A stretch of DNA of 32,000 nt from Candidatus Saccharimonadota bacterium (GTDB lineage: Bacteria > Patescibacteriota > Saccharimonadia > Saccharimonadales > UBA4665). The position numbers were made by a program, and so were the translations under genes. The first letter of the stretch is position 1. Each line of letters begins with the position of its first letter. Under the pieces are notes generated by a model. It saw nothing but the letters and a program-made list of their open reading frames with translations, ran no database searches and was not told the DNA's origin. Positions 17,885 to 24,974 of this stretch are shown here, piece after piece. The stretch is taken from contig CP065016.1 in assembly GCA_016700375.1 (NCBI GenBank), positions 270,001 to 302,000 of the forward strand. The letters run 5' to 3'.

Positions 17885-19336
17885 TCATGTGGCGTAGCTT
17901 CCTCCTATGATGTGTTTATACAAATTTCGGTCGCGCTCTGCGACAACCGCTAGCCAGCTTGAGGCAACCTCAAAGGCACGCTCTTCACTCATTTGTCGGT
18001 GTCGAGCCGACTGCGTCACGCCAGTACGTTTCACTTCCTTGTCGACCGTTCGCAAACAGTCACGAATAATTGGCGCATACACTTCTTCGCCGTGAGCATC
18101 ACTGATTGCCCGTATGACAGACATAAACATGGTCATAGAACGCTGCAGGAGAGCATTTTCCTCTGTTATGCGAATGCCGAGTTTGTTATCTTGGTTCAAA
18201 ATATCTATAAATAGCTGCAACAGCTGCTTGCTGGAAAGATAATTTTGGAGTTTCGCCTGCTGCGACTGTGCCGCCACAAACTTGTCAATAAACTCGCCCA
18301 GAGAGAACGTATAATCATCGTGACGTTCGCGGGCTACAACATCAAGTGCGTCGTGTAATTCTACGTCGAAAAATGCCAGCATTGCCACCGCAAAACTCCC
18401 GGCCTCAAACTCATCATCGTACAGCTTACGAAACTGGTGTATCAGGCTTGCAAACGCCTCACGGTTTGTGGGGGCAGGCGAAACAAGCCCAAAATCTATC
18501 AGCGCTACCCTGTTACCGGGTAGCAACCGTACATTCCCCGGGTGCGGGTCTACCATAAGATAGTCAGCGTACACGGTGGCGCGCAGCAGTTCTGTTCCAA
18601 GTAAGCGCAGCTGCTCCCATACATCTGAGCCAACCGCACTACGCACAAGGTCGTCTATGCGAAACCCTTCATGCTGCTTTGACTCAAGCGACACTATGGA
18701 TACCCCGCCAATATATTCCTGCACTAGCACTGTTCGAGATGTGAGTTCGGGGTACGAGCGCGGAATGGTCAGCGTGCCGCGTTGGTCAAAATAGGCACGA
18801 ATACGCTCGCCGCTTTGGGCTTCGAGCCGATAGTTTGTTTCTGCCCAGGTGGCCCTAGAAAACTCCCGAGCCATGGTGCGGAAATTTACCATAGAGCTAC
18901 CCGTAAACCAACTCACCACCAAACCAATGACGTTTAAGATACGAATATCGGTTTTGAGTGTTTTGCGCACAGATGGACGAAGTACCTTCACAATCACATC
19001 GTCACCGCCATGAAGCTTTGCGCGGTAGACCTGACCATATGACCCAGCCGCAAATGGCGTTTCTTCTATGCTCATAAGTTGCTCGGTAAGGTCGCCCAGC
19101 TCTCGGTGAAGGTGTATGGACTCGTATGGCACCTGCTCAAACGCCAGCTCCGCACCCATGCCTTCTACAAGATATTTCGTGCTATTATGCACCGCGAGCA
19201 TCTGCAAAAACTTCACATACACGCCGCCAAGCTCTTGACACTGCTGGGCAATTTGAAACTGCCAATCATATTTGCTCGTCAGGCGCGCCCACACCACTCG
19301 CAAAACCGAACGAGCTACCTGAAGGGTTCGGAGCAT
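17885..19336 (-). CDS. ABC1/UbiB (AarF)-family atypical protein kinase
   Basis: 483 aa. Motifs: GGVYVKFLQMLA, FAAGSYGQVYRA, VIVKVLRP, DPHPGNV, IDFGLV. No C-terminal TM helices. Confidence 0.85.
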   Translation of the reverse strand: MLRTLQVARSVLRVVWARLTSKYDWQFQIAQQCQELGGVYVKFLQMLAVHNSTKYLVEGMGAELAFEQVPYESIHLHRELGDLTEQLMSIEETPFAAGSYGQVYRAKLHGGDDVIVKVLRPSVRKTLKTDIRILNVIGLVVSWFTGSSMVNFRTMAREFSRATWAETNYRLEAQSGERIRAYFDQRGTLTIPRSYPELTSRTVLVQEYIGGVSIVSLESKQHEGFRIDDLVRSAVGSDVWEQLRLLGTELLRATVYADYLMVDPHPGNVRLLPGNRVALIDFGLVSPAPTNREAFASLIHQFRKLYDDEFEAGSFAVAMLAFFDVELHDALDVVARERHDDYTFSLGEFIDKFVAAQSQQAKLQNYLSSKQLLQLFIDILNQDNKLGIRITEENALLQRSMTMFMSVIRAISDAHGEEVYAPIIRDCLRTVDKEVKRTGVTQSARHRQMSEERAFEVASSWLAVVAERDRNLYKHIIGGSYAT

Positions 19337-19337
19337 C

Positions 19338-19493
19338 CTAGCGACCCCTCTGGAACCCTATGAGGAACAGTACTACCGTGAGCACCATGACGACGGCTGC
19401 CAAAAACAGCGTGTCTACAGTGGTTTTAAGCGCCAGTAGCAGCAATGCCACCCACATCGCTACAATGGCTAAAAATACAAAAGCGTAGCGCAT
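19338..19493 (-). CDS. candidate 51-aa two-helix membrane ORF heading the ABC1 kinase operon
   Basis: My translation: MRYAFVFLAIVAMWVALLLLALKTTVDTLFLAAVVMVLTVVLFLIGFQRGR*. Its stop is 1 nt before the kinase ATG. An extended -10 box lies 9 nt upstream of its ATG. It is too short for the ORF track. Confidence 0.4.
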   Translation of the reverse strand: MRYAFVFLAIVAMWVALLLLALKTTVDTLFLAAVVMVLTVVLFLIGFQRGR

Positions 19494-19502
19494 ACTGATG
19501 AT

Positions 19503-19511
19503 AGTATAGCA
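19503..19511 (-). promoter_or_regulatory. extended -10 box TGCTATACT, 9 nt upstream of the 51-aa ORF
   Basis: The minus strand reads TGcTATACT, then atcatcagt, then ATG (19493). Confidence 0.45.
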
Positions 19512-19521
19512 AAAATATGAC

Positions 19522-19550
19522 TTGAAACCGTGCAGATAATACGCTATACT
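19522..19550 (+). promoter_or_regulatory. sigma70-type promoter TTGAAA-17-TATACT for the glutaredoxin-like gene (leadered)
   Basis: TTGAAA is at 19522-19527 and TATACT at 19545-19550, with a 17-nt spacer. AAGGAG follows at 19564-19569 and the ATG at 19578. Confidence 0.6.
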
Positions 19551-19577
19551 TTGTATAGTAAAGAAGGAGCAACAACT

Positions 19578-19820
19578 ATGTCAGATACACCCCAAGTTAC
19601 CGTATACAGCGCCGACTGGTGCGGATTCTGCCAGGCAGCCAAGCAGTACCTCGACCGCGCCGGTGTAAAGTTTAGCGAAAAAAACGTTGACGAAAAGCGT
19701 GAATACGCTGAAGAAGCCATGCAAAAATCCGGCCAAACGGGTATACCCGTTCTGGACATAAACGGTACAATCATCGTCGGCTTCGACCGCGCCCGCATTG
19801 ATTCCGCCCTCAAAGTATAG
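19578..19820 (+). CDS. glutaredoxin-like / NrdH-like small thiol-disulfide oxidoreductase
   Basis: 80 aa. VTVYSADWCGFCQAAKQYL contains the CxxC motif, followed by GIPVLDINGTIIVGFD. I moved the start to ATG 19578, which has a consensus SD; the tracked GTG 19530 lies inside the promoter. Confidence 0.8.
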   Translation: MSDTPQVTVYSADWCGFCQAAKQYLDRAGVKFSEKNVDEKREYAEEAMQKSGQTGIPVLDINGTIIVGFDRARIDSALKV

Positions 19821-19840
19821 TTGCTCTTGTCATTATTCTG

Positions 19841-19849
19841 TGTTATTAT
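19841..19849 (+). promoter_or_regulatory. extended -10 box TGTTATTAT, 7 nt upstream of the GNAT ATG
   Basis: TGtTATTAT, then atattta, then ATG at 19857. No SD. Confidence 0.5.
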
Positions 19850-19856
19850 ATATTTA

Positions 19857-20306
19857 ATGACACGCGATACTTTGACCAAAGCTCCACGACATAGTGGCGA
19901 AGATAAGCACGCTGCTCTCGCGCTCATAAATTGTGGCCGGGGAGTCGCCGGTGTTGAACCACTCGACACGACTGACGGCCTCGAGCTATTCACTAGACAA
20001 AATCAAGTGGGAAAAGTAGTTGGTGCTCTTGCTGTTTTGGAACTTAAAAAACCAGATGAACATGGCGTACACTACCGCATTGTTGGTATGTACGTTGATG
20101 AAGGCAGTCGCGGGCAAGGGATTGGGGGCAATCTCCTAAGCAGTGCTCATACTGAGCTTACGGGAAGCGGTGAGGGAGCGGCTTTTCTTAAAATCGGGCT
20201 ACCTCCAATTATACTCGACGGAAGCTTCGTAGCATTTGCACTCTCAAGGGGAGTCGTATGTACCGAGAACAACCTCCCTCCTTCGCCATTTGACGCCGAA
20301 ATATAG
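19857..20306 (+). CDS. GNAT-family N-acetyltransferase (putative)
   Basis: GNAT motif A IVGMYVDEGSRGQGIGGNLL. The start is set at ATG 19857 (MTRDTLTK) on promoter spacing. 149 aa. Confidence 0.6.
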   Translation: MTRDTLTKAPRHSGEDKHAALALINCGRGVAGVEPLDTTDGLELFTRQNQVGKVVGALAVLELKKPDEHGVHYRIVGMYVDEGSRGQGIGGNLLSSAHTELTGSGEGAAFLKIGLPPIILDGSFVAFALSRGVVCTENNLPPSPFDAEI

Positions 20307-20338
20307 AGTCGAAGAGTTTACCGCATTACCCCTAGCCG

Positions 20339-20365
20339 CTCTTGTCTCTTATCTCTTGTCTCTTG
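20339..20365. repeat. CT-rich tandem heptamers (ctcttgt/ctcttat) sharing a 19-nt exact match with the atpA-atpG element
   Basis: ctcttatctcttgtctctt occurs at 20346-20364 and at 9157-9175, same strand. It overlaps the candidate cobO promoter TTGTCT(20342)-18-TACACT(20366-20371), which lies 6 nt from ATG 20378. Confidence 0.7.
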
Positions 20366-20377
20366 TACACTGGTTCT

Positions 20378-20947
20378 ATGTCTTTTGAGGATTTTCAGAC
20401 CAAAGAGTCTGTGGTAGTGGTGTATACCGGCGAAGGAAAGGGGAAGACCTCGGCTTCGCTAGGGCTGATGTGCCGCGCCCTGGGCAACCGCTGGAAGGTG
20501 GCCTATGTGCAGTTCATAAAATACTGGGGGGTCGGCGAGCACACATTCATACGAGATATTCTACCCGTATACGGTGACGACCTTTTGTTTTACAAAGGCG
20601 GCAAAGGTTTTTACGACGCCGGAGATTTAAGCGCCAGTGATGTCACGCCCGAACAGCACAAGCAGGCCGCAAAAGACACTTATTTCACCGCATTTGAGGC
20701 TGCCACCTCTGAGAAGTTTCACCTCGTTATCTGCGACGAAATAAACAATGCCGTCCACGACGGCCTCCTCACCGAGCGTCAGCTAAAAGACCTCATCCTA
20801 AAACGCTCGCCCAAAACCAGCCTCTGCCTCACCGGCAGAAACTTCCCCAAAAACCTGTTACAGTATGTAGACATAGCAACGGATATGACGAAGGTAAAAC
20901 ATCACTTCGATGACAAATTCCTCGCCAATAAAGGTATAGACTACTAA
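20378..20947 (+). CDS. cobO: cob(I)yrinic acid a,c-diamide / cob(I)alamin adenosyltransferase (CobA/CobO/BtuR family)
   Basis: VVVYTGEGKGKTSASLGLMCRALG (P-loop), VAYVQFIK, LVICDEINNAV, LTGRNFP...DIATDMTKVKHHF. The start is set at ATG 20378 (MSFEDFQ). Confidence 0.85.
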   Translation: MSFEDFQTKESVVVVYTGEGKGKTSASLGLMCRALGNRWKVAYVQFIKYWGVGEHTFIRDILPVYGDDLLFYKGGKGFYDAGDLSASDVTPEQHKQAAKDTYFTAFEAATSEKFHLVICDEINNAVHDGLLTERQLKDLILKRSPKTSLCLTGRNFPKNLLQYVDIATDMTKVKHHFDDKFLANKGIDY

Positions 20948-20957
20948 AGCTACTAAA

Positions 20958-22112
20958 ATGCCTGTAAATTTTGAAAACGCTGTTAGCCCTAGTATTGATT
21001 ACGGCCATTTTGAATATGCGGCAATTATTATTGGAAGCGGTTGTTCAAATGAAAAAGACGCAAAAGCTGGCGTCGCCTGGACTCAAAACGCTCACCCAAT
21101 CTTTGCACAAGCACCCGTCTGCACTACTGAGTTTGAAGGCGGCAATTTACGACTGAGAAATCAGAAAAACGATAGGCTTACAAGTGTTGATGATATCGTT
21201 GCGGGCGGAAGAGCGTTGATAGCAGTGTTGAGCGGAGATGGCGTAACCTCACGAGTAGGGCAAGATATTGCAGTGACTGAACACGCGCTCCAAGTTCGCA
21301 CCGAAGAAAGATCGGCACTCCTAGCAGAGGGTTTTGGCAACGGCAATGTGCTGCAAAACATCCTCAATGGCGCAAAAGGTATACGTCGGCCGTCGCAGCT
21401 CATTAGTCCTGAGATTGCCGAAATGCAAGATGTGCCATTGATAGAGATAGAGATTAACGGCGAGACGCAGTATGCCGTACTCGGCTTTGGTGTTGGTGCA
21501 ATCGGTGAAGGCGCACGCGATCTGAATGCGGGCAAACATCGTCGGGCATTTGGTTATAACAATGACGTCATTAGAACTATTGTTCATGAAGGACGCATGG
21601 GCGTAAGACTGAGCGAGAAAGTCAAAGACGGAAAAATATTTGTACGCAAATCCAACGGGAAAGACCCCTCTTCTCCCCAATACGAAGAAGAGCTTCTGGT
21701 TTCGCGCGATTATGCAAATGGGCCGCTCCTGGCAAAGCACATCGTCTTCCCCGGGCAACGGCTTGATTCACGCTCATTGAGAATTTTGACTCTCAAAAAC
21801 CCGCTTGAGCTTCCCCTGTGGACTTGGGGAGCGCAAACCGACACGTGGTCTCGGGAAGTATTAAAAGAAGGCGAAGAAGATATTTTTTGTCTGCTTACTG
21901 ATACCGACGCACATTTTGATGGTAATCACAGAGTGATTGACGCGGGTAGTACCGTAAAAGTCAGGGTTTCGAAGCTAGGCTTTATGGCGGTCGCAAATAT
22001 AAACGCCCGGGTCACTCGCCCTCAGATTCCATTAGCTGCAGCAGTGACCACAATGGTTACTTCGCTACCGACAAAGCGCCAAGTTGGATTTTTATTGAAC
22101 CCTTTGCGATGA
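20958..22112 (+). CDS. hypothetical protein, possibly a divergent DAGK/YegS-like lipid-kinase fold
   Basis: 384-aa ORF, 10 nt after cobO. LIAVLSGDGVTSRV resembles the GGDGT motif. The downstream NGETQYAVLGFGVGAIG and C-terminal DGNHRVIDAGSTVKVRV follow the order seen in DAGK_cat proteins. The function call is weak. Confidence 0.55.
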   Translation: MPVNFENAVSPSIDYGHFEYAAIIIGSGCSNEKDAKAGVAWTQNAHPIFAQAPVCTTEFEGGNLRLRNQKNDRLTSVDDIVAGGRALIAVLSGDGVTSRVGQDIAVTEHALQVRTEERSALLAEGFGNGNVLQNILNGAKGIRRPSQLISPEIAEMQDVPLIEIEINGETQYAVLGFGVGAIGEGARDLNAGKHRRAFGYNNDVIRTIVHEGRMGVRLSEKVKDGKIFVRKSNGKDPSSPQYEEELLVSRDYANGPLLAKHIVFPGQRLDSRSLRILTLKNPLELPLWTWGAQTDTWSREVLKEGEEDIFCLLTDTDAHFDGNHRVIDAGSTVKVRVSKLGFMAVANINARVTRPQIPLAAAVTTMVTSLPTKRQVGFLLNPLR

Positions 22113-22131
22113 TAATCATCACCATCTGCGG

Positions 22132-22140
22132 TGGTATACT
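22132..22140 (+). promoter_or_regulatory. extended -10 box TGGTATACT, 9 nt upstream of the nuclease ATG
   Basis: TGgTATACT, then tgacacaca, then ATG at 22150. Confidence 0.4.
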
Positions 22141-22149
22141 TGACACACA

Positions 22150-22716
22150 ATGACCAAGAAACGTTGGGGGTTGATGGTGTTTGCGGTGGTGCTGGTACTG
22201 TTTGCGTTTGTAGCACAGAAACAGGGGTGGCTGAAGCCGCTCAATAGCAAGGTGTTTATGCGCGCTCAACCAGGGTCATATACCGTAAAACAATTTCTGG
22301 ACGGCGATACCGTACTAGTGGACATGAATGGAACAGAGGAAAAAATTCGCTTTATTGGCATAGACACACCGGAAACCCACAAGGAAAACACCCCGGTGCA
22401 ATGCTACGGACCAGCCGCGGCAGCTTACACAAAAAACCGCATTGGTAGCCAGCGCATCCGACTCGTTTCCGACAGCCTGACTACAAACCGGGATCGCTAC
22501 GACCGGTTGCTACGCTACGTGTATCTGGAGGACGGCGTGAACCTAAACCTGGAGCTCGTCCAAAAAGGCTACGCATTCGCTTACGCTTTTCCATTTGCCA
22601 AAAGCCAAGAGTTTAACGCTGCCATGGAAAAAGCCCAAGCTGAAAAGAGTGGCTTGTGGGGCAACTGCGCGCCCTACCAACTCTCATCCGGCCAGTGGCA
22701 GAGTAGTAATCAGTAG
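22150..22716 (+). CDS. membrane-anchored/secreted thermonuclease (staphylococcal nuclease, SNase family)
   Basis: N-terminal hydrophobic anchor (WGLMVFAVVLVLFAFV). Motifs: DGDTVLVDMNG..IRFIGIDTPET, DRYDRLLRYVYL, ELVQKGYAFAY. Confidence 0.87.
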   Translation: MTKKRWGLMVFAVVLVLFAFVAQKQGWLKPLNSKVFMRAQPGSYTVKQFLDGDTVLVDMNGTEEKIRFIGIDTPETHKENTPVQCYGPAAAAYTKNRIGSQRIRLVSDSLTTNRDRYDRLLRYVYLEDGVNLNLELVQKGYAFAYAFPFAKSQEFNAAMEKAQAEKSGLWGNCAPYQLSSGQWQSSNQ

Positions 22717-22718
22717 GC

Positions 22719-23522
22719 TCAGGCAACAGGTTTCCGTCGAATTGCGCTAGCAAGTTTCTCAAAAATCAACGGAGCAGGCGAGGCTATATAGAGCATAAGT
22801 GCGCCAACCACCCAACAGATTGGCCACGTCCAGTACCCGTGGCGTCGGAGAGTGCGCGGCCACATTTGCAGGTAGGGCCACAGTGCTTGGCGGTCGGTAT
22901 GCACACGGCGCATTTCTACCCGCACACGAGAAGATTTGTCGTACCGTATATGCCCACCAGTGCGCCGCACATGGAAAGTGAGGTCGAGGTCTTCGTGCAG
23001 TGCATTATCGAGACAGACATCATTTTCCACTTTTTCCCAAAGGGTTCGCGGCAGTGCCATATTTGACCCCCACAGTGTCGGCGCGCCAGTCAGTATGGTG
23101 TTGAAGCGAAAGACAAGCCAGTTGTAGGCCCAGCTTATCAGCCAGGTGGGCCGCATGTTGTAAAAATGGGCTCCACCGGTGAGTACTACCGTTCCCTCAC
23201 TAGATTCATAAAAGTTCGAAATCCATTCCACCCAGCCTTCGGGCACAATGGCGTCGGCATCAAGTCGCCCCAGGATGGTACCAGAAGCATGACGAAACCC
23301 AGCATTGCGAGCAAACACACGGCCGCGTTCCGGTTCGCGCAGCACGGTCACAAAAGGGTACCGGGCGGCTACTTCGGCCGTTTTATCAGTGGAGGCATTA
23401 TCTACCACAATCACTTCAAATGGTTTCACTGTTTGTGCGGCCAGAGCATCGAGACACGCAGGCAAACACTGCTCTTCATTGTAAGCGGGTATGATTACCG
23501 AAACCGTTACTGGCTTTGACAC
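22719..23522 (-). CDS. family 2 glycosyltransferase with C-terminal TM segment
   Basis: VSVIIPAYNEEQCLPACLDAL...VIVVDNASTDKT and LDADA (DxD). I prefer the GTG start at 23522 (MSKPVTVSVIIPAYNEE). It lies 6 nt after TGcTACCAT and avoids a 23-nt head-to-head overlap with the + gene. The tracked ATG start is 23600. Confidence 0.85.
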   Translation of the reverse strand: MSKPVTVSVIIPAYNEEQCLPACLDALAAQTVKPFEVIVVDNASTDKTAEVAARYPFVTVLREPERGRVFARNAGFRHASGTILGRLDADAIVPEGWVEWISNFYESSEGTVVLTGGAHFYNMRPTWLISWAYNWLVFRFNTILTGAPTLWGSNMALPRTLWEKVENDVCLDNALHEDLDLTFHVRRTGGHIRYDKSSRVRVEMRRVHTDRQALWPYLQMWPRTLRRHGYWTWPICWVVGALMLYIASPAPLIFEKLASAIRRKPVA

Positions 23523-23528
23523 GGTATA

Positions 23529-23537
23529 ATGGTAGCA
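23529..23537 (-). promoter_or_regulatory. extended -10-like box TGCTACCAT, 6 nt upstream of the GT2 GTG start
   Basis: The minus strand reads TGcTACCAT, then tatacc, then GTG (23522). The + strand carries a perfect TATAAT at 23525-23530. Confidence 0.35.
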
Positions 23538-23577
23538 CGAGCCGCCACAGCGGGGCTGAGAATATGGAAATTGAATT

Positions 23578-24723
23578 ATGAATGAAGTCAAAAAGGGCAA
23601 AGGGCAAAGGGCAAAGAACGTAGTAGCGGCGGAGTCGGATAGTCTGACTAGTCGGGCAGAGAAGAACAGGAAGATTATCTGCCTATCCGCCTATCCGACT
23701 ATCCGCGTCTGGGTAAAACGCAGCGTCGTCATTGTTCTGTGTCTGGCGCTTCTAATTTCCAGCTCCAGCTACGCCCTCGCCCTCTGGTACCAACACTCAC
23801 AAAAGGGCAAACCATACGAGCTAGGTGTCACATTTATCCCGAGTTATGCCGGATACCTAGGCGTAGATCCGGAGGAAACATTGAATGCCATAATCAACGA
23901 CCTCAGCGTTCGGCAATTTCGTCTCGTGAGCTATTGGGACCAGATAGAGACTTCACCTGGGACATATAATTTCGAACAGCTCGACTGGCAGTTCCGAACC
24001 ATAGAAAAAGCTGGTGGGTACATTAGCCTCGCGATTGGGCTGCGCCAGCCACGTTGGCCAGAGTGTCATGCTCCGTCGTTCTACGACACCAAACAGCCGC
24101 GCGAGCAGTGGCAGCCACAACTAGAAACGTTCATGAAAGCCATTATTAATCGCTATAAAGCCTCCCGGGCACTACAAAGCTACCAGCTCGAAAACGAGTT
24201 TTTCAACCACTTTGGTGCGTGCTACAATTTTGACCGCGCGCGGCTGGCCGACGAACTCGCGCTCGTAAAAAAGGCTGACTCGAAACACCCAGTCATCATA
24301 AGTCGCAGCAACAACTACGCTGGCTTTGCACTGCGCAGCCCCTTGGGTGATATAAACGGCATATCGCTATACCGACGTGTTTGGGACGCCACTCTTACAA
24401 AACGCTACCAAACTTATCCGTTTCCCAGCTGGCACTACGCCGCACTTGCTGGGGCGCAGAAAATACTGAAGGGACAGGAAAGTGTTATTCACGAGCTCCA
24501 GATGGAACCGTGGCCGCCAAACGGCAAAAACATCCCCGATATCAGCCTAACAGAGCAAAACAAAACGTTCGACGCTGCCCGATTTGAAAGCACGCTCCAT
24601 TTCGCCAAACAAACCGGTATCCGCCACATAGACCTCTGGGGTGCCGAATATTGGTACTACCGCTGGAAAGTCTTAGGTGATGATTCGGTATGGAACATTG
24701 CCAGAGAGAGTTTTAGGCCGTAG
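23578..24723 (+). CDS. membrane-anchored clan GH-A-like glycoside hydrolase (family unassigned)
   Basis: 381 aa. A basic N-tail and one TM (VVIVLCLALLISSSSYALALW) are followed by a TIM-barrel-like domain with YQLENE (acid/base NE) and IHELQMEPW (candidate nucleophile). It is a paralog of 24975..25883. Confidence 0.7.
   Translation: MNEVKKGKGQRAKNVVAAESDSLTSRAEKNRKIICLSAYPTIRVWVKRSVVIVLCLALLISSSSYALALWYQHSQKGKPYELGVTFIPSYAGYLGVDPEETLNAIINDLSVRQFRLVSYWDQIETSPGTYNFEQLDWQFRTIEKAGGYISLAIGLRQPRWPECHAPSFYDTKQPREQWQPQLETFMKAIINRYKASRALQSYQLENEFFNHFGACYNFDRARLADELALVKKADSKHPVIISRSNNYAGFALRSPLGDINGISLYRRVWDATLTKRYQTYPFPSWHYAALAGAQKILKGQESVIHELQMEPWPPNGKNIPDISLTEQNKTFDAARFESTLHFAKQTGIRHIDLWGAEYWYYRWKVLGDDSVWNIARESFRP
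23592..23616. repeat. tandem heptamer (AAAGGGC)x3.5 within codons 5-13 of the hydrolase gene
   Basis: Read directly: aaagggc aaagggc aaagggc aaag. It encodes KGKGQRAK. Confidence 0.85.
23683..23706. repeat. tandem octamer (CTATCCGM)x3 in the hydrolase 5' coding region
   Basis: ctatccgc ctatccga ctatccgc. The middle copy (ctatccgact, 23691-23700) is the perfect reverse complement of agtcggatag at 23633-23642. Confidence 0.85.
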
Positions 24724-24925
24724 AGTGCTCAAGCGTGCCAATACGCCGTTCGTGGTCGTCTAGTTGTTCTTGAACGGCATCGAAACTAACATCCATAATG
24801 GAACGTAATTCTTCGGTCTGGGCACGAAGTTTTTCATCAAGTTTCTGTTCGAGCTCAAGCGATAAAATACGGTTGTTGGCCGTAATCAGTTGTTTGATAT
24901 CTTCCAGCATTTCTTCGTTCGTCAT
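24713..24925 (-). CDS. hypothetical 70-aa coiled-coil protein
   Basis: Heptad-like acidic sequence (MLEDIKQLITANNRILSLELEQKLDEKLRAQTEELRSI...). Its ATG lies 6 nt downstream of TGcTACAAT. Its 3' end overlaps the convergent hydrolase gene by 11 nt. Confidence 0.5.
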   Translation of the reverse strand: MTNEEMLEDIKQLITANNRILSLELEQKLDEKLRAQTEELRSIMDVSFDAVQEQLDDHERRIGTLEHSTA

Positions 24926-24931
24926 GAGGAC

Positions 24932-24940
24932 ATTGTAGCA
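24932..24940 (-). promoter_or_regulatory. extended -10 box TGCTACAAT, 6 nt upstream of the coiled-coil ORF
   Basis: The minus strand reads TGcTACAAT, then gtcctc, then ATG (24925). Confidence 0.5.
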
Positions 24941-24958
24941 CCGCGGGACGAGGAAATC

Positions 24959-24967
24959 TGTTATATT
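24959..24967 (+). promoter_or_regulatory. extended -10 box TGTTATATT, 7 nt upstream of the second hydrolase gene
   Basis: TGtTATATT, then tttacgc, then ATG at 24975. It lies back-to-back with the minus-strand box within a 49-nt spacer. Confidence 0.5.
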
Positions 24968-24974
24968 TTACGCA

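Noticed and set aside
20304-20365. Possible inverted repeat between tagagtcgaagag and the CT-rich heptamers upstream of cobO
   Set aside because: When paired base by base, only about 5 contiguous bp match. The region is better described as a tandem CT-rich repeat than as a hairpin.
23523-23600. Longer GT2 start at ATG 23600
   Set aside because: It would overlap the divergent hydrolase gene start head-to-head by 23 nt and has no promoter-like sequence upstream. GTG 23522 gives the usual short N-terminus before VSVIIPAYNE and follows a TGn -10 box. It is kept as a stated alternative.
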